64,000 nucleotides of DNA from Podarcis filfolensis (taxonomy: Eukaryota): NCBI GenBank assembly GCA_964270895.1, contig OZ185442.1. The stretch is one strand, 5' to 3'. The notes beneath the pieces are model-generated. The model was not told the DNA's origin. It saw only the letters and a program-made list of their open reading frames with translations, and did no database searches. Made by a program: the position numbers and the translations under genes. This document shows, piece after piece, positions 1 to 19,500 of the stretch (within the stretch, counting starts at the first letter, position 1; every line of letters begins with the position of its first letter).

Positions 1-6004
<6,004 letters not shown>

Positions 6005-6656
6005 TCAGACTCGCCCGCCTCGACTGAAGGGGATTCTTGGGCTTCCGAGGCCGCCGTACCTTAGGCCACTCCCACTCACCAGCCAGGTGGAGAGGCGGGG
6101 GGTGGGATGAGGTGGAGGAGGGCATAGTGCTCAAAGGCCAATCGGAACGACGCGCCATTGACTTTGTCAGCCAATGAAATAGTCCACTTTCTCTTCGTAA
6201 ATACGTACGACTAGAATGTGCTTCATACGGGACGTTTGAGAGGAATGGCGTCAGCGTAGACAGGCAGATAGCATATTAATTGGTTTCTTACCTGTATGGA
6301 AATGATGGATTGATTGTTTGGGGTGTATGTATGATATCTTCCCACTCTTCAATATAAATTATATACACGTACACAAGTCTGAGAAGCTGATACACGAATA
6401 TGTACTCAAAACAATTTAAAAAATTATAAGAGCATAACCATTTTAACACAGATTGAAAATAATAAAACTTAAAACATATAAAGGTAACTATATATGTCTA
6501 GATAGGCTTACCGAAACAAAAAGGCTTTCAGCAGGTGTGAAATAGGTAGGAGGATGCCTACCTTATGACAATGGGTATGTGTAAGGACTCTGCTGGCAGG
6601 GAGGTTTTCTGGATCCAGGAAGGGGACCGTCAAGATTACCTAGGAATATCTTAAAA

Positions 6657-6949
6657 TAAACCACAGAGCCTAGGGCTTGCCGATCAGAAGGTTGGCGGTT
6701 CGAATCCCCGCGATGGGGTGAGTTCCCATTGCTTGGTCCTGCCAGCCTAGCAGTTCGAAAGCACGTCAAAGTGCAAGTAGATAAATAGGAACGGTGTTTC
6801 TGGTTCGCCAGAAGCGGCTTAGTCATGATGGCCACATGACCCGGAAGCTGTACACCAGCTCCCTTGGCCAGTAAAGCGAGATGAGCGCCGCAACCCCAGA
6901 ATCGTCCATGACTGGACCTAACGGTCAGGGGGGTCCCTTTACCTTTACC
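6657..6949 (+). mobile_element. 5'-truncated Sauria SINE with internal deletions, flanked by an 84-bp direct duplication
   Basis: Same family as 4806-5158, B box GGTTCGAATCC, tail cctttacctttacct. Flanks 6576-6659 and 6950-7033 match at 78/84 positions. Confidence 0.85.
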
Positions 6950-7192
6950 TATGTGTAAGGACTCTGCTGGCAGGGAGGTTTTCTGGATCCAGGAAGGGGA
7001 CTGTCAATATTACCTAAGTACATTTTAAAATAAGTGAATGAGAAAATGAGTTATATCTTTCCACCTCTGCCTTACCTGGGATTTGAAGGGAGCACCAGGA
7101 GTCCACGTAGGAGTTTTCAGAAGAACCCTCAGGCTGAAATAATTCTAAAGAGCTTGAAGAGTGCAACACTTGCTATTGCCGATTTCATCAAC

Positions 7193-7285
7193 TGGGTGCC
7201 CTCCAGTTGTTTTGGACTACAGCTCCCATCACAGTCAAAGATGTCATCCAAAACACCTAGAAGGTACCAGGTTACCAAAGACTAT
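7193..7285. mobile_element. Decayed palindromic hAT-type MITE
   Basis: ccctccagttgtttttggactacagctcccatca...ccaaaacacctagaagg, same family as 34467 and 44409. Confidence 0.45.
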
Positions 7286-9599
7286 GCAACTGAATGTAAG
7301 TGTTCTATGTAGATGCCACCTCTACTACATTGGGACACACAACAGACTTCAAACATAACTTAGAAAACACTAATCAACAATCATTTCACAAACACATTAG
7401 AACAAACCTGTTTCAAAATAATTTATTGTTGTTTTTAGGACACCCCTCACAGAGCCACAATTCCCAGAACACTTAAAAAACTGGTTTCCAGGATTCTTTG
7501 GTGGGAGCCATAATAGTTAAAGTGCTGTGAGAGTACTTTCAACAAATGGTGCGGAAATGACTGTCAGTCCTAAATACATTTATTTATTTTATTTATGTAA
7601 CAAAATTCATATACCAATTGATTGAAAGAAAATCTCTAAGCAGTTTACAAAATTACTTATATTTAGAATATATCTTGCTAATTTAATTGGATTTTCTTTA
7701 AGCTTAGTTACAAACCTAGGCATGCTTTCTTAGGATCAATACTGATTGAAATAAATGTGACTCACTTGCCAAATATTTTTACACTGTTAATGATTCTTCT
7801 GTACATTTATCCTCATACAACACCACAACCATACCCTCTGTTTCCAGTCTTCAGGCTGTGATGCTGGTTTCTTATGCAGTCAAAATAGTAGCACCAGCAC
7901 AACAGGAACTGATCAGCTGGGAGAAACAAAAAGCTGGGAACATGGGGTGGACTCCAGAAACAGCCCTATCAGAACTGAGATGGATTGCAAGTTGGTGGGG
8001 GTTGGAACAGGAAGACGGAGGTTGAGGAAGGTGAATTAAATAGAGAAACTAGAACCCTGGACTGAAACAGTTGCTGCATGTCCCAGTTTAATCTATTTTG
8101 GATTTTAAAAAAATAAAAATTGAAGGTGTGGGGCAGATATAAATGCTTGAACCTGTATCCTGAGCAGCCTGACAAACTTAAAGCAGATACAAGCCAAGGG
8201 GTTGTGCATGTCACTGTTTCCCCATGTATACATGGGTCTCTGAGCAGTGAAATGTTTGAACTAAGGACACACATTCATTTGAATCTCACCAACAAAGTGC
8301 AGCTACATTTCAAAAGCTTTCTGGGCTTTGGCAATTGGTTCAGCTGAATTGAGCAATGATTCACATCACTGCACAAATAGACCTTGGCATATGAGGGCAA
8401 GAAAGTGATTGATCCAAGTACATGCATCAGCTTTCAGAGTAACATTACACGACTTTGCCAATATGCTGAGTATTTGAGACGTGATCTCTAGTTCTTCACC
8501 TGCTCTTATTGACAAGGGAGATGAGTGGGAAAGGGGCCCCAACACATTCAGATACAAAAGTTGTATGAATTATGGGGTGTGTGTTTCTCTTTTTGCCTGA
8601 TTATCCCCCTATGACAGCCTTGCCTTCCTGTCTTCTGTTTATTCAGTCACGGGAAATATTTTCAGGTTGAGGGGAGTGTGGAAAGCCATCATTTTCACAG
8701 GAAATGTGCATTTCTCTTTATTTTCCAGTTAAGCAAGTTAAACCACATGAGCTGGAGGGCAGCCCAACAGCCTCTTCATTTATTTACCATCAAGTTGCAG
8801 AGGGTTGGAATGGGCTGAGATAACAACAGGCCAGAGACGCACAGTCACGATGCTTCCATATCTGCACGGTGGCTCCAGCTTATCTGCAGTCATAAAAACA
8901 AAAATGTAGGTACGGTAGTTCTATTCCCTTCATTACAGCAATTCGCTTATTTGTTGAAAAATGACCTTAGTGTTGTTATCTGGGGCTTCTGGAAAACCCT
9001 CCAAGGAGTGGGGGGAGTGAGGAGGGGATGAATTTGCCCCCTTGTCTTTCAAACCATATTATGAGATTCTTTGGGGAGCAACAATATTTCTGCCCAACTC
9101 ACCAATTCTGTGTTGAATTACTATAGTTATAAACGTTCACATGGGCCCAGGTATGAGTGCTACATCTCAAAGGCACCAATCCTTCTATTTCAAAACATAT
9201 CTGAAAATTAGCTCTTAGATCTTCATGAATATGACTCCTCCTCTGCTGAAAGCCTTCCACACACCCTGTACCTAATATCTGCATTCCCAAATGTGAGGGG
9301 GTGTGACCTATCTGTCCCTTCTCTAGTAATTTACAGCTCTGTGGTCTTTAACCCCTTCATTTACTAACTAGCATAGGTATGCATTGTTAGCTTTGACTGC
9401 AAACAACTCCCACAATAATTACCCAGTTGAAATGGACAGCAACTTGGCCATAGAAAACATGGAGGTTACCAACTTGGCTCATGTTAGTGGTAACCAAAAA
9501 TCCAATTGTACTTATAGAACAGATGATAGCAACAGCTGTAAAAACCAGACATGAAATCAATAAGCCCCTAAGTAGGATGCAACAGAACAATTTCCCTCA

Positions 9600-9708
9600 A
9601 CCAGGCACCCTCCAGATGTTTTGAAGCACAACTTACATCTGTACTAGCTGGGGGTGGTGGGAGCTATAGTACAAAACATCTGGAGGACACCAATTTGTGG
9701 AAGGCTAG
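9600..9708. mobile_element. Palindromic hAT-type MITE copy
   Basis: Internal inverted arms ccctccagatgttttg ... caaaacatctggagg. Confidence 0.55.
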
Positions 9709-10209
9709 AACAGAGAATTATGCCTAAATAATTACACCAGCGAGGTCTACCTTATTTGCCATTTTGTCTTTTCCTCTACGTAGATCTGCTAATGAGAGGT
9801 AGTTGTTCTTGCTTAAGTCCTTTTACCACCTTCCAGAGTTACACTTTTATCATCTGTGTTTTGATGTCTTATGGAGTAGATTAAACCTTTCCTCAAGCTA
9901 GTTACTGTCCTTGTTCCTGTGGAATACTCTAGCAGAAAGCAGAAACTTCCTCTGACATACCAAATAAATAGTGGCTTATTACTAATAAGAGTGCTTCTGG
10001 GGCATGATCCTGCTGGAAATCATTCCATCAGCAACACCCTATACATGTGCTCAGGGCCCTTCAAATGCAACAAATATCTGACATGGATAAGCGGACATAA
10101 GGGAGAAGTGGTTGACTTAGCCAGGTAAGGAGAAGAGATGGCAGACTATTTTTCTTTCTGATGGTAATGCTGCTGACCTTTGTCTCTCTGATGTTTACTC
10201 CTCAAAAAA

Positions 10210-10213
<4 letters not shown>

Positions 10214-10257
<44 letters not shown>
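10214..10257. repeat. (CT)n microsatellite
   Basis: Direct reading. Confidence 0.95.
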
Positions 10258-10260
<3 letters not shown>

Positions 10261-10739
10261 GTTCTTATTCCTTAAGTAAAGATTATTTCCCTCTGCTTGT
10301 TAAACCACAGCCATTAAACCAACCAACTCTCTGCAGCAACCTTAACTATGTTGCTGCCCTTCCTTCTTGTTCACAGTTAAGCATGTGGTCTTATGACAGA
10401 GAAGGATCGATGGAATTTGGCTTTTGGGCTGAGGATTATGACCATTGTCAACTTTGTCATACAGAAGAATCTTCTCTGGCTAGACCTTTAAGCCCACTTT
10501 CTCATTCCTCCACATGCAAACTCCTCCATCTTGGCTGTGAGTCCTGAATGTCCTGATCCCTCCCTTGCAGAATTTTTTCCCTACCTGGCCTGGGAGGGTG
10601 GGCCCCTGACTGACTCTAGCTACAAAAGCTGAGGCTTCACAAAATATGAGGCTTCACAAAATATTATTGGGCTGAGGTATTGGGGGGTGGGGCGGCTTGC
10701 TCTTGGTTTTTCGTATCTTTAGTTTAGATCTTGTTGTGA

Positions 10740-10875
10740 TTTATGTGGACATTGTTCTGTTTGGTTCTGTTCTGTGTATTTTTTTAATGTTTTGTTTATT
10801 GTTGTAATTACATATTCATGTTGTAAACCGCCTTGAGCGTGGTTTGAACTGTGGAAAGGCAGCATGCAAATAAAA
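10740..10875 (+). mobile_element. L2-type LINE/SINE 3' end remnant
   Basis: T-rich tract followed by gtaaaccgccttgag...ggaaaggcagcatgcaaataaaa, the typical squamate L2 tail. Confidence 0.45.
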
Positions 10876-13800
10876 CTATGTATCTATGTGTGCATGTAGC
10901 TTACTTTCCCAGGTTGCCTTTATTGATGCCAATAATTGCCTAGCTGTTACCCACAGTAGGGCCTAGAAAATGCTCTTGATTTTCTCCAGGCAGGGATAGT
11001 TTCATACAGCAGCAGCCACGAGGCACTTGGCACCCAGTATATGTGCTCACCAGTGTGCCCCTTGTAATTTTCCTTTTGGGAGGGTGGGGTCACTTCCTAT
11101 GACCCCCTCCCTCCCGCCTGCTTTTACAGTAACTCCTGCAGAAGGCCAGGCACACAAGACCTCAGCAATGTGTGGGTCCTGGGCCTGGAATGTTTTCTTT
11201 CATCTCTAATCGCTGCACTGAGGCTCATAAATCATGTAGCCAAGACAACAAGTAAAAACATGACTGTAATTTGTTTCTTCCTGGCCCATTTTTGGCACAG
11301 CAAAACCAGAGACTTTCTTGGCTGGGAATGATGATGACACCATAACAGAAAGCGAGTGAGTGGACATCAACCTGGTGACTCTTTCCCCACCTTCCCTGCT
11401 TTCTTTTTAGAGGTGCCAGGAGGTAGTAGGATGCTGACAGTTATCTCACTGCTGACCATGCTGGATAGAGAATAACACAATTAGCAACCGGATTGTGTGT
11501 GCGGGCCACTTCTTTGAGGGAAAGAACGTCATATTCATGTGTGTTTATTGTCACCAAAGGCAGCTGATCAGATGGTGGAAACAAAATTTTCAGATAAATG
11601 AATTAATATTTTTTATATTTTTCCTTTTGGAGATTGGAGGCAAAACAGGCCTGGTGGTGCAAGAAGTTTATGGATTGAAAAAAAGTTATGTTTTACATTA
11701 TTGTCCTTATTTATATCACGTCCGCAGCAATCCTCTGCAGAATTAAGTGGAAGCAAACCTCACTGAACACAGTTATATTGACTTTGAGGCAAACATCCAT
11801 GGGAATGGGCCACTGGATCCTAATTTCCTGAACCACAGGTGACATGTTCCTGCTCCTAAGTAGTTTAGTGTATGAGTTCAAAACTGTCTCCCATGAATAC
11901 ATAACAATTGATTGACTGTATTGTGATGGGCCACCTCATCCAGAACTGTTTCACAAAGTGGCTCTGGGAAGCTCTCAGATCAGAGCTGACAGAAAGCACC
12001 ATCCCATGTCTGTCTCAAGCAAGTACACTCAGGCATTGACAGCTGGCCACCCCATTAGCCTCAAGCAGGCTTCACCACCGGATGCAACCAGATGTTGTGG
12101 ACATGGCTCTCATAAGCCCCAGCATCATATGGCCATAGTGCCTGGGGTTCATGGGAGCTGAAGTCTGAAACATCTGAAGAGTGACAGGTTGGCAAAGACT
12201 GGCAATGCCACCACTTGAATGGGCTGTGCTGTTGGGCCAGTGCTACACAATCCGACATAATTCTTCAGTTACTATTAAAAAGAAAAGAAGAAAGATAGAA
12301 ACTTTTTTTCCCCCTGAGAATGCCACTGCCTTTATGAGAACAGAGTTTTACACAACTCCTAGTTGGGAGTCCTGGGAAATAAAGGCTTGGGATGTGTGTG
12401 ACTTACTCATTTCTGACTAGCCTGATAAGACCCAAGATGGACCCCACCACCACTGTTGTCTTCCTCCTACCCCTTTCCCTCAGTGGCTGTCAAAGAATAT
12501 GAAGTGGGAGGGAATTCCACAGATCTCTCTTGGGCCTCAACTGAAACTCCCCATTCCATAGCTCACTGGAAGAAGAATGAGGAAAAACACATATTTATAC
12601 CAGAGCCTGCCAAATGGAAAATTATAAAACAGTGGGGAGAGGAGCATGATTGACACACACATAAATAACACTTAGAATGAGACACGTTGTTTAAAAAGAA
12701 GGGAAGTTTTCTTTTCGCTCCATTCCTACTTCAGAAGTTATGACAAGCAACAGCTGACATCTTGTCAAAGTTGTTGGATCCAGTATGTCCCATTGAGTTC
12801 AATGGGCCTGCTCTTACGGCTGTCTGGATCCAGCACCTTATTTGCTGCCAATAGCTACAGCTGCTCTCTCCAACTCTTTTTCTGCATAACGTGAACTGGT
12901 GAAAATGTGCCTCCTTTAGCTTAATAGATAGTGGTATAATGGTAAATTCTGTAGTACAAGAGCTCATCTTGACACAGATAAATTTATAAGTGATGAGAAT
13001 AAGGTGGTGCAATTGGGGCAGAGTGAGGCAGCTGCCTCAGGCAGCAGGGTGGGCAAAAGAAGAGGCAAGTGGAGCTCTCAGAGGGTGAGCTTGGTCTGGC
13101 AGATGACCATCTTCTGGAGTAGAAACAAGCCTTTTTCACTGCCTCTCTAATTTACACATAGTGGGCAAGCAATTCCATTGGTGGGCATTTAGCCCTCTCG
13201 GTCCCCCACCCTTCCCCAGTGCCACCTGTATCCCAAAGATTTTATAGCATAAAGGAAGGAAGGCAACACCTCTGCTATCTCTGTTATCTGCAAACAGAAC
13301 ATGCAGCCCCCAGAAAGGGAAATACAACAACCTTTCAAACATTAATTCAAAAGTAATTCCCAACTACAGCGTTTGAAGCTTTCATGATTTGCAATTGCAC
13401 ATTTAATTTTTTAAAAAATACACTTTTCCAACAGGACTAGATATGACAATGCTGCAAGCAAGCTATTTCTGGAACTCCGCAAGGCTATGGAAATGCAAAG
13501 CTCACATTGAATTTTAAGCAGATATTTTGCTTGTGTAGTAAGAGCATGGTTAGGATCTCTTTAAGCGGGTGACAGCAGGTGTTTATTTTAAATGCAGAAC
13601 AGGTAATTTATTGGTGTTCCACCCATGTGCTCTGTTCCCTGCGGGTATCCGCCCTGGCCAAGGATAGTGTTCATGATTCATGTAATAAAACCAGTTTAAC
13701 AAACCCGTTCTGGTGCCCAAGGTGAAAGAGTCCTACACGTGAGGTGTTTCACCATGTTTAAATGGCTGTTCCACTTTCATTACAGCCTTTTGGAAGCATA

Positions 13801-14106
13801 ACAATGTCACAACTTTCCCCAAAGACTTTTTGAAAGATCTGTTAGTTGTGCCAAACTAGAGCCTAACAGCAACCTCCAGTATGTGAATAGTCCAGCATCA
13901 TGTTCTCATGATGAAGAAGGTGGGCATCCCTACCCGCTGGATCCATGATGTGACTTGTATGGTTTTTGATGTTTTAATCTTCTTATTGACTTCATGTAAT
14001 TTCAAGTCAGTATTTTGCTACACCCTGCTCTGGGATTATTTTAGTGAAGAGCAGAACATTTCCCCATCCCTGAGCTAAGCCCTGAATGTTATAGGAAGTG
14101 TGTGCC

Positions 14107-14149
<43 letters not shown>

Positions 14150-14240
14150 TATTTATTTATTTATATCCCGCCCATCTGGATGGGTTTCCCCAGCCATTCT
14201 GGGTGGCTTCCAAGAAAATATTTAAAATACATTAAAACAT
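14107..14240 (-). repeat. (AAT)n microsatellite (14107-14148) at the tail of an L2-type fragment
   Basis: AAT array followed by atttatttatatcccgccc...ccagccattctgggtggcttccaa. Confidence 0.6.
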
Positions 14241-15226
14241 CAGTCAAATAATAATAATAATAATGCCTGTTTTGTAGCAATACACTCTGCCCAAGCAGGC
14301 CTCTGGCCATTACTCCCTTCATACCCACGACCAGGCTAGATTCAAGTGGGGGGAAACCAACCATGATGCCATTCATCTGTTGGCCAGAGCCAAGGCTAAA
14401 TGGGTTAACCCGCAAGCCTTTGCTGGATTGCCAAGAGAGGAATCATCACCCGCTTCCTAGTCCTGCTCTTCAGCACCCTCTCGTGGGATATGTACACACA
14501 GCAGCTTAAAGTGGATTCAGTGCATCCACACATTGTCCTCATCCAAATGGCAGCCTGAATCCTACCCACAGCTGCTTTAATTTGGATTTCCCCAATATAC
14601 AGATAACGCAGCAAAGGATATAAAGAAAATTTCGTAAGGGGAAAAAAGGCCAACATTGTGTGGTCGAGTATTTTTATTATAAAAAAAAACCTGGTGATGT
14701 TTTTTCTGGATGCCCTCTATTAATACCCTCTGTTACTAAGTCCTGTACTTTCATTGGCAAACTGCCTCCATGGGCCTGAGGCAACATACTTACTTTTTAA
14801 AAAACCCACTGTTTTGTGCAAGTGTGGTATATCGGAAAACTCGTATCTCAGAAATTAAAACAAATTGCCCAGTTCACAATGGGCCTCAGTTTTCCAGAAC
14901 TCAGGGAGGATGGAGAATAACTAATTAAGAGAAAGGAACAGCAACAGGTTGATTTTGGTAGACAACCTGTTTATTGAACATTCTTCCTGATTTGTTTGTG
15001 GGAGGTTGTATGATACCTTATCAAGCATTTTTTTTTTATACCACACTCTCCAGGGCATTGCCCCAGCGCTTTCCTTACTGCAAAAATCCCTTTTTATTTG
15101 GAAGCAGCTTTCTTGTGTAAGAGGGCCCAATCCACTTGAACTGCGCCACCTGAATTTGCCAGGAATGTATTGAATCTCACGCACAAAACAGTAACAGCCT
15201 GGAAGTGGTCTCATTCTGGAGACAGG

Positions 15227-15268
15227 TAATTAATTAATTAATTAATTAATAATAATAATAATAATAAT
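15227..15268. repeat. (TAAT)n/(AAT)n compound microsatellite
   Basis: Direct reading. Confidence 0.9.
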
Positions 15269-16074
15269 ATTTTTATTATTATTTACACCCTTCCCATCTT
15301 GAACCATTAATGGTGTTTGTACTCAATTCTTTCCTTCTACTCTTGTCTCTGGTTGACCAGGTTTGCCAGGTTTTTGAAAAGGGAGGGAGGAATAAAAACC
15401 TTGTTTACTAAAAGCAAGGTGAGCACAGTCAAAAAAATTTACCTGCCTCCAGCTCCAGCCTGTTGTTGTCACAGGTCCTGTTGTTTTGCAAACCACACTT
15501 CCCCAGCCAGATGCATTCCTAGCCTCCCCTTCCTGCGAATGTGAGACTGGGGAGCCAATGCGAGAGCAATAAACCTGGGAGTGAGGAGGAGGAGAACATG
15601 GCAGCACAGTGAGAGAAGCAGGAGCAATTGGTATCACATCAACCTCATAACATTTTGGAGGGCATTATTTTATTTTATCGATTACGATAGGAACACATAC
15701 TTTTGAGGGTAACTTTAATTATTTAACAAAACCCACATGCCACTTGATTGTAATAAAATATCTAAGTGGTTAATTAAAATTAAAGTCAAACAATAGGAGA
15801 CTGTTAAAAACAGGAATTAAAAACATTCAAAAGATAACGTTCCTGTGTGCTGGTGGAGATCTTGAATTTCACTCAGATTTCTACAGCAGAACTGTTGCTA
15901 TCTAACCACTGTGATCAAAGAAGCGCATTCAATATATGAGGCTGAAAGCAGGGGTTTCTCCCCAGAAAGGCTGCTGTGTGTTTGGACTATATTTTTAAAG
16001 GGAAACAACATGCAATAATGCAAAACAGCCAGGGACTCCAAGGTCACATTTGACATACATCAACCCTCTCCCAG

Positions 16075-16180
16075 CTGGTGCCCTGAAGATGCTTTGGACT
16101 ACAACTCCCATCAGTTCTAGTATCACAAGGTTGTGCCAGCTGGGGACTAGGTGAGTGGTAGTCCAAAGGGTACCGGCTTG
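16075..16180. mobile_element. Decayed hAT-type MITE upstream of the novel PKD1L-like gene
   Basis: gatgctttggactacaactcccatca...ggtagtccaaagg, same family as 44409. Confidence 0.45.
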
Positions 16181-16571
16181 GGCAAGGCTGGTATGCATAA
16201 TTTTAAAGAGAGAATAAAGTAGAGAAGCTTTCTCTGGTGATGGTGTCCACACTCTGTTTAAGATGGCAAAAAATAATGTCAAATTTCACTGGAACCTATT
16301 TCCAAAAAGATTGCAGATGTGATCTATTCCTATGTGCCCTCCCCACCACAATCTCGCCCCACAAGCTTTGTCATCCTCCTCTTCCTCCTAGAGTCAAATT
16401 TCCCTGCCCAGTGTTTGTGGAAGCTGCCCAGCTGCCCCCTTGATTTCCATGGGCAAACAGAGACACCGGGAGGGCTTGGCCTCTTCCTTCTCCTGTGTTT
16501 CATGTGGGCTTCTAGCCAGAGGAGCAAGCAGATCCCTGCTGGGACCATCTTGCCTATCCTGCCAGGTTGAG

Positions 16572-19500
16572 ATGGCACTGAGGCGACAGACAGCTCCCGG
16601 CTTAGCCCTGCTGCTCTGGGTCCTGTGCAGCACTGCTGTGCCTGCCACCACGCCTGAGGCTGTGCTAAGGGAGCACCAAGGACATTGCTACCAGCTTGCT
16701 CAGGAAAGACTGGCTTTTGAGGATGCCCAGGCTGCCTGCGGCCGATGGGGAGGGCACTTGGCACAGGTCCCTTGGGAGGTGACAGGGACGTGGGGTGCTC
16801 TGAGAAGGAGGAGGGGGCAGCTGAGAGGGCCCTCTGGAGGCTGGTGGGTCTCCAAGGGCCCAACCAAGCCTGCGGTGGCAGGTAAGTCAGTCCTGTGGGG
16901 GCACCAGAGAGGGCTGGGCAGAGGTGGGAAGTTGTTTCTACTCCAGAGGGTGGAGGGTGCGTCCTGGTTTCTATCACAAAGGCCAGGTCCCTTTACACAG
17001 CTGGCTTGGCTGTGGTTAAAGGCTGGGATTTGGGGAGCCACATTGAGGGGCAGGGTGTGGAGGTGGGGGGCACTGTGCTGCAGAGAGCTGGCTCTTTTGC
17101 TTGTAGTGTAGAATTCTGCTTATTTTCATCTGCTCTGTCAAGGGCATACCACCCCGCTCTGCCTACTGTGGTCAGATCTTACAAGAGGGCAAGGCCCTCA
17201 CCTTGCCCTGCCCAGCTTGCCGCCATGCCCATGGCAGCCTCTTGTGTCTTTGCCCAGGAGCCCAGCCTCATCTGCGTGGGGCTCACCATCAGCCCCCCAC
17301 CTGCACCTTCCTCTCCAACCTGGGCTTGCTGCAGGAGGCTACCGGGCCAACGTGCCGCCAGAGGCATCCTTTCATCTGCGAATTTGGTGAGAGGCCAGCT
17401 GGGCTGCCAGGGTGGGATTGTGACACCCCCACTCCACCCCACCCCTGAGGACAGAGATTGCTCCTCCTGAGCCAGGAGGGGCTCCCTTTCAGGATGGTCC
17501 TTTTTGCAGGTCCTGTGGAGGGAGGTGAATGCCCAGTCAAAGTGGCCAGGAGTGCCAACAGCTCCAGGCCTTGGCAAAAACAGAAGGCTCAGCTGGTAGG
17601 TGATGGTGGCCAGTTCTCTTCCCTCCAAGTCCAAAGCAAATAAGCTTTCCCTCCTGCTGCCTGAAACCAAACTCCAGCAGATGCACCAAGGCAGAGGATG
17701 GGGGGGGGCAATAAAAATAGCCTGTCTGCCACCTCTTAGCCACCCTCCAGACAATTCCTTTGGGCATGATTCCTGGGCAAGCTCCTAACAGGGAACCCTT
17801 TGCCCTGCCCCTTCCAAGAAAGCCTATTGGGTGACATATCCTACCTGGCACAGTGGCACTGCTGTGTCCCACTCTTTTTTCTCTGTCTGCCTCCAGGATC
17901 TGACCTCCATGGGGCGGAGGCCACAAAGGCTCATGCGGCGGCATCTGGGTGATAAGCAGAAGTACCCAGGTGATGTGGGGATTTATTGACTTCTGAAATA
18001 ATGCATTGAAGAGTAGGTCATCTGCAATTATAAGCAATTGTGAGAGGCTGATCATCTTGGGTCATTCTGCTTATTTTAACAAACCCTTTAAATGCCCTAA
18101 AATAATATTTGTGGGGCTGAAAGGGGTATTTTATCTTATTTCTCATAGACCATCTTTTCCAAAAGATTGTAGATGTCAGCACAACCAAAAGATATGCTTT
18201 CAGTCTGCCTGTACAGTATTACAACTCCAACATTTACCAATGGTATTTGTTTAAGCTGTGCCCAAGGGGCAAGGCACCCATGATGGTAACTGTTTTTAAC
18301 AAGTTTTATTTCAGATAAACTTTTATTGCCATGTTCTACCTCTTCCATGGAAAGAGCCTGAAGCAATGCTCAGGATGAAAATAAGCAACTGTAATGATGT
18401 AAAAGCGGGAATATAACTAGTAGCCAGCGGTTCCCTTATCATGAGGCTGATCCTTTTGCCGGTCACGGCAGTGGTTTTCCCCTGAAAGGAAGCAGCTTGT
18501 TGTTGAGACAGGCTCACCGCAAGGAGTTTGTGTTTATGGAGGCCAAAATGCCTGTTTCTGTGTAGGGGGACCCTGAGGGGAGAAAAGACTCTTGCTCATA
18601 CTTCTCCTCTTGCCTCCAGAGACATCAGCAATCAGGGAGGCCTTGCAGGATGTTGTTCCCAGGACCTGGCAGCAGGTAAAAGAGCCCCACTAGGAGGGAG
18701 TATCTGGGGAGGGGACCCCCTTCAGCCCAGCCCCATTGAGGCCCACAGCAGAGCCACCAACCTTCCTCTGGCTCAAGACAGCCAACCTCTCTTCTGGTGG
18801 TTAGCACAGGCCTTATGTAGGCCGGGAATCCCTTATTCAGTGATCTGCATTTGCCTGCCAGCATTTGAGCCCAAACTCCTGATTCTGCCTGCAGGAGCTG
18901 CTCCAGCGACTGACACTGCCGGTGAACAATGGTGCCTGGAGTGCCTCTGAGCTGGTATGATTGGGCCCATGGGGAGGGCGGATGCCCCAGAAGGGACTGA
19001 GCCCCAACTCCAAAGGCTGTGTAGCTCCCATGGGGAACCTGAAGAAAGAGTCAGGCCAAGTCCTAAGAAGCTCTTTCCTCCAAGAGAGGTGATGGGGAAC
19101 ATCTCATGGAAGGAGTCGAGGGACCCCCATTAGTGCTGAGGGTCTTGGGCAATGCATGGGCATGGAGGAACATTAACATTATGTGCCTTTGTGTGCCAGG
19201 AAGAGGAGGTGGGGTTTCTTCAGGCTGTCAGTGAGGACCTGCTGAAAAGGAGGCCTCCAGCCTCCCCACACTGGCACCTCCTCAACCTCCTGGCAGTCCA
19301 TGGCACCAGCCGGCTCCTGCAGGTCATTCTGGGCCCCTGCTCACCCAACGTCAACATCCAGGTGAGGATATGCCACACTCCCAGGTGCCCTGGTGGGGAG
19401 GGACAGGCCGGTGCATGGGTCCCTTCATCCCATATTGCCCCATCTTGGATGGAGATTGAGTCCCCAGTAACTGCCCACTTCTCCCTCCAGCAGCATGAGG

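Noticed and set aside
6657-6720. tRNA-like B box GGTTCGAATCC (also near 5085 on the minus strand)
   Set aside because: These are SINE heads, not tRNA genes; the sequence continues into the SINE body and tail.
10631-10664. 17-bp tandem duplication GAGGCTTCACAAAATAT x2
   Set aside because: Only two units with no spacer: ordinary slippage, not CRISPR-like or functional on this evidence.
6300-16500. Search for DHODH or other exons in the intergenic interval
   Set aside because: Only short ORFs, repeats and microsatellites; no recognisable protein motif or exon chain.
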